Under the pieces are notes generated by a model. It was not told where the DNA came from. It worked only from the letters and a program-made list of their open reading frames with translations, and did not search any database. The translations under genes were made by a program, and so were the position numbers. Below are positions 21,046 through 30,592 of a stretch of DNA of 64,000 bases, piece after piece (positions within the stretch are counted from its first letter, which is position 1; each line of letters opens with the position of its first letter). This DNA comes from an uncultured Candidatus Saccharibacteria bacterium (GTDB lineage: Bacteria; Patescibacteriota; Minisyncoccia; Phycocordibacterales; UBA2163), in contig CAZVGL010000002.1 in NCBI GenBank assembly GCA_964626705.1, positions 386 through 64,385 of the forward strand, written 5' to 3'.

Positions 21046-22674
21046 ATGAACGTCTTAAGTAATTTAGATCTACTTTCTGTTGGACTAACTATTGCAGGTA
21101 TTGGAATACTTGGATTTGTTATATATTTTAATAATCCAAAAAGTATTACTAGCCGCTCATTTTTATTTTTTTCTATAACCTCCATACTTTGGGGTATAGC
21201 AAATTATATAAATTATAAATTTACTTCAGAAACTGCCATTCTTTGGACATTAAGAATAGCTATCTTTCTTGCTGTATGGCATGCTTTTTCTCTTTTTCAA
21301 CTATTATATGTTTTTCCAAAAAAAGAATTTAAATTTTCTAAATTATATAAATACACCTTAGTTCCATTAGTATCTATAACCTCCCTTATTCTTCTTACAC
21401 CAATAGCTTTTGTAAAAGTGACTAAATTAGCAACACCTGGAGAGGTGTCTATCGTTGCAAAAGGTCCTGGCATGATTGCATTTATTTTATTAATTATCTT
21501 TTTAGTATCAACAGCATTCTATGTTCTATTAAAGAAAATAAATAATGCAAAAGATAACGCAAAAACCCAAGCAACAATGGTATTTATAGGATTACTTATA
21601 ACGTTTGCATTAATTATAACCTTTAACTTCTTGCTACCAGCCTTATTTGATATTGTAAAGTTAATACCACTGGGTGCTATTTTTATACTGCCATTTATAT
21701 TATTTACATCGTACGCAATACTTAAGCATAAGTTATTTGATATCAAGGTCATAACCACTGCTATCATGGCATTTGTACTTTCTATTGTTACATTTCTTGA
21801 AATCATATTTTCAGAAGGACTTGACCAAATAATTTTTAGAAGTAGTGTATTTATTCTTGTACTTGTATTTAGTGTTTTTCTTCTTAAAAGTGTCCGTAAA
21901 GAAGTAGTGCAAAGGCAACAAATCGAAAAGCTTGCAGATACTTTAGCGAAAGCGAATGTGCGCCTGAAAGAACTTGATAAAATGAAGTCTGAGTTTGTTT
22001 CTTTTGCAACACATCAGATACGCGCACCTATAACTGCTATAAAAGGTTACACTTCTTTAATACTTGAAGGTTCATATGGGGAAGTGTCCAGTGAGATGAA
22101 AGAAGCTATTGATAGAATATACAAATCCAGCCAATCTCTAGCTATTGTTGTAGAAGATTATCTAAACATATCTCGCATTGAGATGGGTAGAATGAAATAT
22201 AACTTTAAAGTCTTAGATTTTGGTAAACTCATTCGTGAAATTGCTGAAGAACTAAAACCTACTGTATTAAAAGCAAAGCTTGAGATATTAATAGACATTG
22301 ATGACAGTAAAGAATACAAAGCAAAGATGGACGAGGGTAAGATGAGGCAGGTTGTTATAAACTTGATAGACAATGCAGTCAAATATACAAAAAAAGGGTC
22401 AATAAAAATATCTCTATCCAAAGACGAAAAGAGAAATAAACTGATCGCACAAATCTCAGATACAGGTATTGGTATTGAAAAAGAAACAATGCCGAAACTC
22501 TTCAAGAAATTCTCACGTGCTAAAGATGCGAATGATACAAACATACATGGTACAGGTGTCGGACTTTACATTGCTAAAGTTATGGCAGAAGCACATGACG
22601 GTGGTCGTATTTGGGCAGAGTCAGAAGGAGAAGGGAAGGGCTCACAGTTTTATATAGAAGTGGACAGTATTTAA
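21046..22674 (+). CDS. Sensor histidine kinase with N-terminal multi-pass (7TM-type) membrane sensor
   Basis: About 280 aa of TM helices, H-box SFATHQIRAP, N-box NLIDNAVKYT, DTGIG, GTGVGL. Confidence 0.93.
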   Translation: MNVLSNLDLLSVGLTIAGIGILGFVIYFNNPKSITSRSFLFFSITSILWGIANYINYKFTSETAILWTLRIAIFLAVWHAFSLFQLLYVFPKKEFKFSKLYKYTLVPLVSITSLILLTPIAFVKVTKLATPGEVSIVAKGPGMIAFILLIIFLVSTAFYVLLKKINNAKDNAKTQATMVFIGLLITFALIITFNFLLPALFDIVKLIPLGAIFILPFILFTSYAILKHKLFDIKVITTAIMAFVLSIVTFLEIIFSEGLDQIIFRSSVFILVLVFSVFLLKSVRKEVVQRQQIEKLADTLAKANVRLKELDKMKSEFVSFATHQIRAPITAIKGYTSLILEGSYGEVSSEMKEAIDRIYKSSQSLAIVVEDYLNISRIEMGRMKYNFKVLDFGKLIREIAEELKPTVLKAKLEILIDIDDSKEYKAKMDEGKMRQVVINLIDNAVKYTKKGSIKISLSKDEKRNKLIAQISDTGIGIEKETMPKLFKKFSRAKDANDTNIHGTGVGLYIAKVMAEAHDGGRIWAESEGEGKGSQFYIEVDSI

Positions 22675-22704
22675 ATAGTGCATGATAAAATCAAATATTT
22701 AATT

Positions 22705-23274
22705 ATGAAAAATATTCAAACAATCACTGAGAAATATTTTCAAATGTTTCCAGAAGATAAGAGGAGTCTAGAACACCTAACAAAACAATTAAAAAAAAGT
22801 GAGGATATTTTTAATCGCAAAAACTTTACAGGCCATGTAGTTGCAAATTCATTAGTTTTGAATTCTAAAAACGAAGTTCTGACTATATTTCACAATAAGC
22901 TAAAGATGTACATACAGCCCGGTGGGCATGTAGACCAGACAGATGAATTAGTTGTAGATGCAACCAGAAGAGAGCTTGCGGAAGAAACAGGACTAAAGGA
23001 TGTAGACTTGGATGAATGGCATAAAGAGACAAGTATTCCTATTTTTATTGAATCTCACTTAATACCGCAAAACGTTCAAAAAGAGGAGGAGGAACATTAT
23101 CATCATGATTTGATGTATATATTTAAAACAAATACAAACGATGTCGAACTACAACCAGAAGAAGTGTCGGACTATAAGTGGATTAACATAAACAAGATAT
23201 TAGAAGATGATCCAGATTCATTTATTGGCAAATCACTTACAAGAATGCTTGAACTAAATATTATAAAAATATGA
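22705..23274 (+). CDS. NUDIX hydrolase
   Basis: PGGHVD...ATRRELAEETG Nudix box. Confidence 0.9.
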   Translation: MKNIQTITEKYFQMFPEDKRSLEHLTKQLKKSEDIFNRKNFTGHVVANSLVLNSKNEVLTIFHNKLKMYIQPGGHVDQTDELVVDATRRELAEETGLKDVDLDEWHKETSIPIFIESHLIPQNVQKEEEEHYHHDLMYIFKTNTNDVELQPEEVSDYKWININKILEDDPDSFIGKSLTRMLELNIIKI

Positions 23275-23891
23275 CAAAAAATATAGAAGTTGAGGTACGT
23301 GGTATTTTAACTAAAAAAGATTACGACCAACTTAATAAAAAACTTCTTAAAGACGGTAAATTTATCTCACATAAAGACAGGGTCTTAATAGATTATTCTA
23401 CATTCATCAAAAAACAGGGTATCAAAAATAGAACTAAGGATATTAGACTAAGGGTTACAAACAAAATACCAGAGATTATAATTAAGTTAGGAAAATGGGG
23501 AGGCAACGACCAGCGTGAAGAACTATCTGTTCTAACAAAAAAAGGAAGTTTTGACACTTTGGTCAAAGCTTTTAATATTCTTGGCTATAGTAAGGGAATG
23601 CTATGTGTTCGTGACATTAAAGCATACAAATATAAAGGTGCAGAATTTGCCGTAGTAAGTATTCCTGGACATGGTTATTTTTATGAAGCTGAAAAGATTG
23701 TAAGTAACAGTAAGAAAGAAAAAGAACAAGCCAGCTTGAAGCTTGAAAAAATATGTAGTGAACTAAACCTTGAAATACTTTCAGACAAAGATCACTGTGA
23801 TTATGTAGAAAAGTTGAATAAAGAAATCAATGAAGTCTTCGATTTTAAGAACTATACAGACGATTACTTTAAAAATAGATTTAATCTTTAA
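23271..23891 (+). CDS. CYTH / triphosphate tunnel metalloenzyme family protein
   Basis: N-terminal EVEVR (ExExK-like), DIRLR, REE, YEAE; ATGA overlap with NUDIX gene. Confidence 0.75.
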   Translation: MTKNIEVEVRGILTKKDYDQLNKKLLKDGKFISHKDRVLIDYSTFIKKQGIKNRTKDIRLRVTNKIPEIIIKLGKWGGNDQREELSVLTKKGSFDTLVKAFNILGYSKGMLCVRDIKAYKYKGAEFAVVSIPGHGYFYEAEKIVSNSKKEKEQASLKLEKICSELNLEILSDKDHCDYVEKLNKEINEVFDFKNYTDDYFKNRFNL

Positions 23892-23951
23892 AAATACTCT
23901 TGTGTAAAAAATAGCTTTTAAAATAAGCTGTTTTTTGGTATTATTTTGATA

Positions 23952-24941
23952 ATGATAAATAAAGATAAAACATTACTATCTGGCTTAAAACCTACTGGAG
24001 CGCCTCATATAGGCAACTATTTTGGAATGATGAAGCAGATTGTGGATCTACAAAACGACTACAAAGAATCGCTTGTTTTTGTTGCCGACTATCACGCACT
24101 CAATCATATTCAAAATGCTGACGAAATGAGAAAAAATGTTTTTAAAGTAGCGCTAGATTATTTAGCTGTGGGACTTGACCCAAAGAAAGTAACTATATTT
24201 AAACAGTCTGATATACCACAACATGCAGAACTTGCAGTAATCTTTAATACAATAACGACTATGCCATACCTTATGCGAGCACATGCTTTCAAAGACGCAG
24301 AAGCTAAGAATAAAGAAATAAGTGTTGGTACATTTGACTACCCGATGCTTATGGCAGCGGATATACTTATGTATGACACAGATGCAGTGCCTGTAGGACA
24401 AGACCAAAAGCAGCACATAGAAATAACGCGCGACACTGCAGAGAAATTTAATAGAGTATTTGGTGATGAGTTTAAACTTCCAGAGCCTCTGATACTTGAG
24501 GATGTTGCTACAGTACCAGGTGTAGATGGTCAAAAGATGAGTAAGAGCTATAACAACACTATCCCTCTTTTTGCAGAAGATGAGGAGATTCAAAAAGCAG
24601 TTATGTCTATAGTTACAGACTCAAAGAGTCCAGAAGAGAAGAAAGATCCGAAAGAAGATAATATATTTGCTTTACATAAACTTTTTAGTACAGAAGATGA
24701 ACTTAAAGATATAGAGAAAAGATACGAGGACGGGGGAATGGGGTATAAAGAATCAAAAGAGATATTAATAGAAAGTATTAAAAAGTTTATAACTCCACTC
24801 AGAGAAAAGCGAAAAGAACTTGAGAAGAATAGGAAAAGTATAATAAAAATGCTGGAAGAAAATGGAGAAAAGATGCGAAATAGAGCAGAGGAGAAAATGA
24901 AGAAAGTAAGAGAGAAAGTTGGAGTTAGTTTAAAAAATTAA
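23952..24941 (+). CDS. trpS: Tryptophan-tRNA ligase
   Basis: PHIGNY, YPMLMAADIL, VGQDQKQH, KMSKS. Confidence 0.97.
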   Translation: MINKDKTLLSGLKPTGAPHIGNYFGMMKQIVDLQNDYKESLVFVADYHALNHIQNADEMRKNVFKVALDYLAVGLDPKKVTIFKQSDIPQHAELAVIFNTITTMPYLMRAHAFKDAEAKNKEISVGTFDYPMLMAADILMYDTDAVPVGQDQKQHIEITRDTAEKFNRVFGDEFKLPEPLILEDVATVPGVDGQKMSKSYNNTIPLFAEDEEIQKAVMSIVTDSKSPEEKKDPKEDNIFALHKLFSTEDELKDIEKRYEDGGMGYKESKEILIESIKKFITPLREKRKELEKNRKSIIKMLEENGEKMRNRAEEKMKKVREKVGVSLKN

Positions 24942-24951
24942 ATTTAAAAAC

Positions 24952-26349
24952 ATGAACAGAATTTATATAAAAGATCTAAAAGATCATGCGGAGAAAGAGG
25001 TCACAATAAAAGGCTGGATCGACGTACGTCGAGACCAAGGGAAAATGATCTTCTTCGACTTTAGAGACATGTCAGGCAAAGTACAGGGTGTTGTACTACC
25101 TGGTGCTACAGAAGCGCTTGCAGTAGGGGAGAAAGTACGACCAGAATGGGTTGTAGAAGTACGCGGTAAAGTAAACAAACGTCCTGACAATGCCGTGCAG
25201 GCAGATAAGCTTAATGGAGATATTGAGCTTGAAGTACTTGAAATTATCGTCCTAAACGAGGCTGAGACTTTACCTTTTGACATTGAAGGTGATGGAAAAG
25301 AGATCAATGAAGAAGTAAGGCTTCGTTATCGTTATATAGATTTGCGTCGAGAAAGAATGCAAAAAAACATGCGCAATAGACATGAGATAACTCATTTTGT
25401 AAGAAACTTTTATAAAAAAGAAGGCTTTGCAGAGATAGAGACTCCTAATATGACAAAATCTACACCTGAAGGTGCGCGTGATTATGTAGTACCTTCACGT
25501 GTTGAACAAGGTAAGTTTTATGCACTTCCACAATCTCCACAACAATATAAACAACTTTTAATGTCAGCATCATTTGAGAAATATTTTCAAATAGCACGCT
25601 GTTTTAGAGACGAAGATACAAGAGGAGACCGACAGCCTGAGTTCACACAAATAGATATGGAGATGAGTTTTGTAGAACAAGAAGACGTAATGGCAATAAA
25701 TGAAAAGATGCTAATAGAGCTTGTTAAAACACTTTATCCAGAGAAAAAAATCCAAGAAACTCCGTTTCCAAGGATTACCTACAAAGAAGCTATGGAGAAA
25801 TATGGTAGCGATAGGCCAGACCTAAGAAAAGACAAAAATGATCCCAATGAACTTGCTTTCTGTTGGGTTATTGATTTCCCAATGTTTGAGAAGACAGATA
25901 GTGGAGCATGGACATTTACACACAATCCATTCTCTGCAACACAACCTGAACACACGGATGATTTAATAAAAGGAGAGAATACAGAAAATATACTAGCAGC
26001 ACAATACGATATAGTGTTAAACGGAAGTGAAATAGGTGGTGGAAGTATACGAAGCCATAAACCAGATGTACTTAGAAAAGTTTTCGAAACAATGGGTTAT
26101 GAATCAGAAAGAATAGATACAAATTTCGGCCATATGCTTAAAGCTCTTGCATCTGGTACGCCACCACACGGAGGTATTGCTTTTGGGTTTGATAGACTTG
26201 TAATGCTTCTTCAGAACGAACCAAACATCCGCGAAGTAATACCGTTTGCAAAGACTGGGGAAGGGAAAGACTTAATGATGGATGCGCCGGCAGAAGTAGA
26301 CCCAAAACAACTCGACGAACTTGGGATTAAAATAGCTAAAGATAAATGA
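24952..26349 (+). CDS. aspS: Aspartate-tRNA ligase (bacterial type lacking the insertion/GAD domain)
   Basis: OB fold, TPEGARDY, LPQSPQ, RCFRDED..RQPEF, PPHGGIAFGFDR. Confidence 0.93.
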   Translation: MNRIYIKDLKDHAEKEVTIKGWIDVRRDQGKMIFFDFRDMSGKVQGVVLPGATEALAVGEKVRPEWVVEVRGKVNKRPDNAVQADKLNGDIELEVLEIIVLNEAETLPFDIEGDGKEINEEVRLRYRYIDLRRERMQKNMRNRHEITHFVRNFYKKEGFAEIETPNMTKSTPEGARDYVVPSRVEQGKFYALPQSPQQYKQLLMSASFEKYFQIARCFRDEDTRGDRQPEFTQIDMEMSFVEQEDVMAINEKMLIELVKTLYPEKKIQETPFPRITYKEAMEKYGSDRPDLRKDKNDPNELAFCWVIDFPMFEKTDSGAWTFTHNPFSATQPEHTDDLIKGENTENILAAQYDIVLNGSEIGGGSIRSHKPDVLRKVFETMGYESERIDTNFGHMLKALASGTPPHGGIAFGFDRLVMLLQNEPNIREVIPFAKTGEGKDLMMDAPAEVDPKQLDELGIKIAKDK

Positions 26350-27089
26350 TAACAGAAGAGCAGTCTTATACAATAAAAACAGAGGCGTTTGAGGGTCCGC
26401 TTGATCTTCTTCTTTCTCTTATTGAAAAAAGAAAGCTCTTTATTAGCGACATATCACTTGCGCAAGTTGCAGATGATTATATTGAGTATATAAATGGTCA
26501 AGAAAATTTTCCTGTTGCAAGCACGGCAGACTTTATACTCGTAGCATCTACTCTTGTACTTATCAAATCAAAATCACTATTGCCAACACTTGATTTGTCT
26601 TCCGAAGAACAAGAAAGTATCGATGATCTCGAAAAACGCTTAAGACTATACCAAAGAGTAAAGGAATTATCATTTCATGTAAGTAAAAACTTTGGTAAGA
26701 ATGTTATGTATCCAAAAACTCTTTCAAAAACTGTAATGCCAGTATTTTCACCAGACGAAGATCTTTCTGTTTCAAAGATAAAAGAAGGAGTTATGTCAGT
26801 ACTTCATAACCTACCAAAAAAAATTGCTGCTATACCCAAAAAAGTTGTGGAGAAAGTTATTTCACTTGAAGAAATAATGGAAAATCTTACAGAGAGGATC
26901 ACCAAAAACCTTAGGATGAGTTTTAAAGAATTCTCTGGAATAGGGAAAGCTCAAAAGGTAGATGTTATAGTAAGCTTCCTTGCAATGCTTGAACTAGTAA
27001 AGCAGGGCGCAATATCAGTAAACCAAGATCAGCGCTTCTCTGACATAACAATAGAGTCTGATAACGTGGGAATCCCCAAATATGACTAG
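26346..27089 (+). CDS. scpA: Segregation and condensation protein A
   Basis: FEGPLDLLL, FLAMLELVK motifs. Confidence 0.95.
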   Translation: MITEEQSYTIKTEAFEGPLDLLLSLIEKRKLFISDISLAQVADDYIEYINGQENFPVASTADFILVASTLVLIKSKSLLPTLDLSSEEQESIDDLEKRLRLYQRVKELSFHVSKNFGKNVMYPKTLSKTVMPVFSPDEDLSVSKIKEGVMSVLHNLPKKIAAIPKKVVEKVISLEEIMENLTERITKNLRMSFKEFSGIGKAQKVDVIVSFLAMLELVKQGAISVNQDQRFSDITIESDNVGIPKYD

Positions 27090-27121
27090 ATTATTAATGA
27101 TTAGTAGGTTAGTATTTTAAA

Positions 27122-27679
27122 ATGACTCTTGATGCAAAAATAGAAGCATTACTTTTTTATAAAGGTGAGGCAATGAAAGTAAAAGAGCTTGTGAAGCTTT
27201 TGGATGTGGATAAAGAAAGCATAGAAAATGCACTTAATATTCTTAAAGAAAAACTATCTGAAAGAGGGTTGCAGATCATAACAAAAGAGGATGAAATACA
27301 ACTCGTCACAGCTTCAGAAATATCAGGGATTATAGAACAAATCAGAAAAGATGAACTTACTAAAGATTTAGGAAAAGCGGGCGCTGAGACGCTGGCTATA
27401 GTATTATATAAAGGACCTATAACACGTGCTGAGATTGACTATATAAGAGGGGTTAATTCTACTTTTATCTTGCGAAACCTACTTATTAGAGGGTTGGTTG
27501 AAAAAATCTCAAATCCAAATGATCAAAGAAGCTTCTTGTATAAACCAACACTTGAACTTTTGTCATTTCTAGGGGTAAGTAACATTGAAGAACTTCCCGA
27601 ATTTGATACAGTACAAGATGAGTTAAGTAAATTTGCAGATGTAACTGAAGAAGAAAACGAAGAAGTAGAACAAAACTAA
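27122..27679 (+). CDS. scpB: Segregation and condensation protein B
   Basis: IEALLF, ETLAIVLYKGPITRAEIDYIRGVNS. Confidence 0.95.
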   Translation: MTLDAKIEALLFYKGEAMKVKELVKLLDVDKESIENALNILKEKLSERGLQIITKEDEIQLVTASEISGIIEQIRKDELTKDLGKAGAETLAIVLYKGPITRAEIDYIRGVNSTFILRNLLIRGLVEKISNPNDQRSFLYKPTLELLSFLGVSNIEELPEFDTVQDELSKFADVTEEENEEVEQN

Positions 27680-27681
27680 AA

Positions 27682-28617
27682 ATGATTTCTATTATTAAAA
27701 AAAGCATATACGCAAAAATAATCGTCCTTCTAGGTGTAGTTTTTGTAATAGCTATGCTTATTATATTTACTGGAGATGATAACAGTAAAGTAGTACAGAT
27801 AGATGAGGAAATATATAAATATAATTATTTTGAAGACATATCTATCGAAGCACAGTCTGCTTTTGTATGGGATGTAAACAAACAAAAAGTAATCTTTTCT
27901 ATAAACGGAGACGTGCAGCTTCCACTTGCATCACTAACAAAACTGATGACAGCTATTGTCGCCGATGATATTTTACCAGAATCATCTGTTGTTACAATTG
28001 ATAATAATTCAATTATTTCAGAAGGGGACAGTGGTTTATATGAAAACGAAAAATGGAACTTCAAAGAATTAATGCGATTTACACTTATGGTATCTTCAAA
28101 TGACGGAGCAAATGCCGTAGCGAATGTTGCCGGACTTTTTAAAAATGATTTCCCAAGCAGAAAAGAAGATAATAAAAAATCTTTTGTGCAAGCTATGAAT
28201 GAAAAAGCAAAGGAAATAGGATTAAGTCAGACTTATTTTATAAACCCTACAGGACTTGATACAAATAAAATAGTAAGTGGCGGATATGGTTCGGCTAAAG
28301 ATGCGGCAAAGTTACTTGAATATGCTGTTATAAATGCACCTGACATAGTTGAGCTAACAAGACACACTAGGATTAACTTTGAGTCTCTAAGCGACATAAA
28401 CCATGTTGCGACTAATACAAACTCTTCTATAGATAGGGTCCCTGGACTTATTGCATCAAAGACAGGTTTTACTGATCTTGCTGGTGGGAATCTTGTAGTA
28501 GCATATGATGCAGGTATTAACCACCCTATCATCATAGCAGTACTTGGATCATCACAAAGTGGAAGGTTTGAAGATGTAGAAAAATTAGTCGATGCGAGCT
28601 TAAAATCTTTAGATTAA
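27682..28617 (+). CDS. D-alanyl-D-alanine carboxypeptidase (peptidase S11)
   Basis: SLTK, SSN, KTG penicillin-binding motifs; N-terminal TM. Confidence 0.9.
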   Translation: MISIIKKSIYAKIIVLLGVVFVIAMLIIFTGDDNSKVVQIDEEIYKYNYFEDISIEAQSAFVWDVNKQKVIFSINGDVQLPLASLTKLMTAIVADDILPESSVVTIDNNSIISEGDSGLYENEKWNFKELMRFTLMVSSNDGANAVANVAGLFKNDFPSRKEDNKKSFVQAMNEKAKEIGLSQTYFINPTGLDTNKIVSGGYGSAKDAAKLLEYAVINAPDIVELTRHTRINFESLSDINHVATNTNSSIDRVPGLIASKTGFTDLAGGNLVVAYDAGINHPIIIAVLGSSQSGRFEDVEKLVDASLKSLD

Positions 28618-28618
28618 A

Positions 28619-29692
28619 ATGATTATAGACATTGTAAAAGTATTTACTGCTTCTTCTGCCGCATTTATCATAGGGATGCTTATTACTCCTGCTGTAACAC
28701 ATTATTTATATAAATACAAAGCATGGAAAAAAAACAATGTCGCAGTCGCAACAGATGGCAGGTCTGCTGAGATATCTCAACGTTTACATAATGACGAACA
28801 GAAAAAAACACCTCGTATGGGAGGTATTGTCGTTTGGGGAAGTGCTTTTATAACCATCATTGCAATATGGCTTATCTCTAAAATATTCCCGACTGACTTG
28901 ACTGTAAAACTTGATTTCTTAAGTAGAGACCAAACATGGATACCTCTTTTTACTTTGATGGCAGGGTCACTCGTTGGGATGATAGATGATATCCTTGAAG
29001 TAAAAGGTAACAGTAAACGTCTTGCAGGTGGACTTTCGTCAAAGAAACGTCTTTTTGTAGTTGGTCTTATATCACTTTTTGTAGCATGGTGGTTTTTCAC
29101 AAAGCTCGGAGTTACATCTGTCGGCTTTCCATTCTTAGAAGATATAAACCTCGGTTTTTGGTTTATTCCTTTTTTTGTATTTACCACTATTGCAGTTTAC
29201 GCCGGAGGTGTAATAGACGGATTAGATGGACTCTCAGGTGGCGTGTTTGCTTCAATGTTTGCTGCATATGCTGGTATTGCTTTTTATCAACAACAGATCA
29301 ACCTAGCAGCATTCTGCGCACTTATAGTCGGAGGAATACTCGCATTCTTATGGTTTAATATACCGCCTGCACGTTTTTATATGTCAGAAACTGGTATGAT
29401 GGGTCTCACGATCACACTGACAGTTGTTGCATTTATGACAGACTCACTCGGAGGAGGTCATGGTGTCACAGTACTTCCAATAATAGCTTTCCCACTTGTT
29501 GTTACGGTTTTATCTGTCGTTATACAACTCACCTCAAAAAAATTTAGAAATGGAAAAAAGGTTTTCTTGGTTTCTCCACTCCATCACAATCTTGAAGCTA
29601 TCGGCTGGCCTAGAGAAAAAGTAGTTATGAGATATTGGATAATAAGTGTTATTGTTGCTGTTATAGGTATTTCTATAGCACTCATCGGATAG
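28619..29692 (+). CDS. mraY: Phospho-N-acetylmuramoyl-pentapeptide transferase
   Basis: TPRMGG, GMIDD, DGLDGL, FLWFNIPPARFYM, SPLHH. Confidence 0.93.
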   Translation: MIIDIVKVFTASSAAFIIGMLITPAVTHYLYKYKAWKKNNVAVATDGRSAEISQRLHNDEQKKTPRMGGIVVWGSAFITIIAIWLISKIFPTDLTVKLDFLSRDQTWIPLFTLMAGSLVGMIDDILEVKGNSKRLAGGLSSKKRLFVVGLISLFVAWWFFTKLGVTSVGFPFLEDINLGFWFIPFFVFTTIAVYAGGVIDGLDGLSGGVFASMFAAYAGIAFYQQQINLAAFCALIVGGILAFLWFNIPPARFYMSETGMMGLTITLTVVAFMTDSLGGGHGVTVLPIIAFPLVVTVLSVVIQLTSKKFRNGKKVFLVSPLHHNLEAIGWPREKVVMRYWIISVIVAVIGISIALIG

Positions 29693-29755
29693 ACTTATAA
29701 GTTATACACATCATTTGGTACCTAACAACCAAAAGAGTGTATATAATATAAATAA

Positions 29756-30517
29756 ATGCAGAAAATAATCACAAAAACAATAATACTCCTTGCAGTATTA
29801 ACTCTCGCACTATCTGTAAACTACATCTTTGCAGCATGGACAGGACCAACAGAGGCTCCACCAGGAGGAAATACTCCGACACCTATTCATATTGGTACAA
29901 CAGATCAAGTAAAAGACGGAGGGCTATCACTTACTGGTCTTTCTGTGTTTGGCGGTGGGTATTTTCAGGGTAATGTAGGAGTTGGAGTAGTCACACCCAT
30001 AGAAGCACTTGAAGTTGCTGGTAATATAAAAACAACAGAAGGAATAAAAGTTGGTAACACAATAGACACTGATGCTGGAACTATCCGATGGACAGGTACT
30101 GATTTTGAAGGATACGATGGAACAGAATGGAAATCTCTGACGGCTGAAGGCGGTACAACGACAACAATAGTGTCTACAGATTATACGGAATGTGTTGGTT
30201 TGGGTGGTAGCTGGGTAGAAGTAGGTCAGATTTGTTATATAGCTGGTACAAGCTGTCCTTCTGGATGGGAAGCAGAAGAAAACTATAGCAGTACAGTACC
30301 AAATTCAGGATCTAGTGGCGGAATAGGAAGTACGTGTAATTTCAATGCCCCTCGACCGTCTTGCACGACAGGAAGTCACACAAGAGAAAATTCAGGTGTT
30401 GAAAGTTGTTCTTACGGTTATAAATCTCAGTGTAATACGAGAAACTGTAATCCTAATAGATGTACTGTATCGAGTGTTTCTGCCACTCAAACCGAAATCG
30501 GTTGTACTAAAAACTAA
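29756..30517 (+). CDS. Secreted fibre-like protein with one Cys-rich C-terminal module (paralog of 36202..37248)
   Basis: Signal peptide, GNVGVG..TP..ALEVAG segment, Cys-rich module at 30191-30514. Confidence 0.85.
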   Translation: MQKIITKTIILLAVLTLALSVNYIFAAWTGPTEAPPGGNTPTPIHIGTTDQVKDGGLSLTGLSVFGGGYFQGNVGVGVVTPIEALEVAGNIKTTEGIKVGNTIDTDAGTIRWTGTDFEGYDGTEWKSLTAEGGTTTTIVSTDYTECVGLGGSWVEVGQICYIAGTSCPSGWEAEENYSSTVPNSGSSGGIGSTCNFNAPRPSCTTGSHTRENSGVESCSYGYKSQCNTRNCNPNRCTVSSVSATQTEIGCTKN

Positions 30518-30556
30518 TTTAGTTAAAATAAAAACCATCAAAAAACCGGCAACAGG

Positions 30557-30592
30557 CGGATTTTTTGATATAATAACTTTATGCTTAAGAAA
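30557..30592 (+). repeat. Copy 1 of terminator-tail/-10/ATG repeat
   Basis: cggattttttgatataataactttATGcttaagaaa, similar to 34964 and 37284. Confidence 0.65.
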
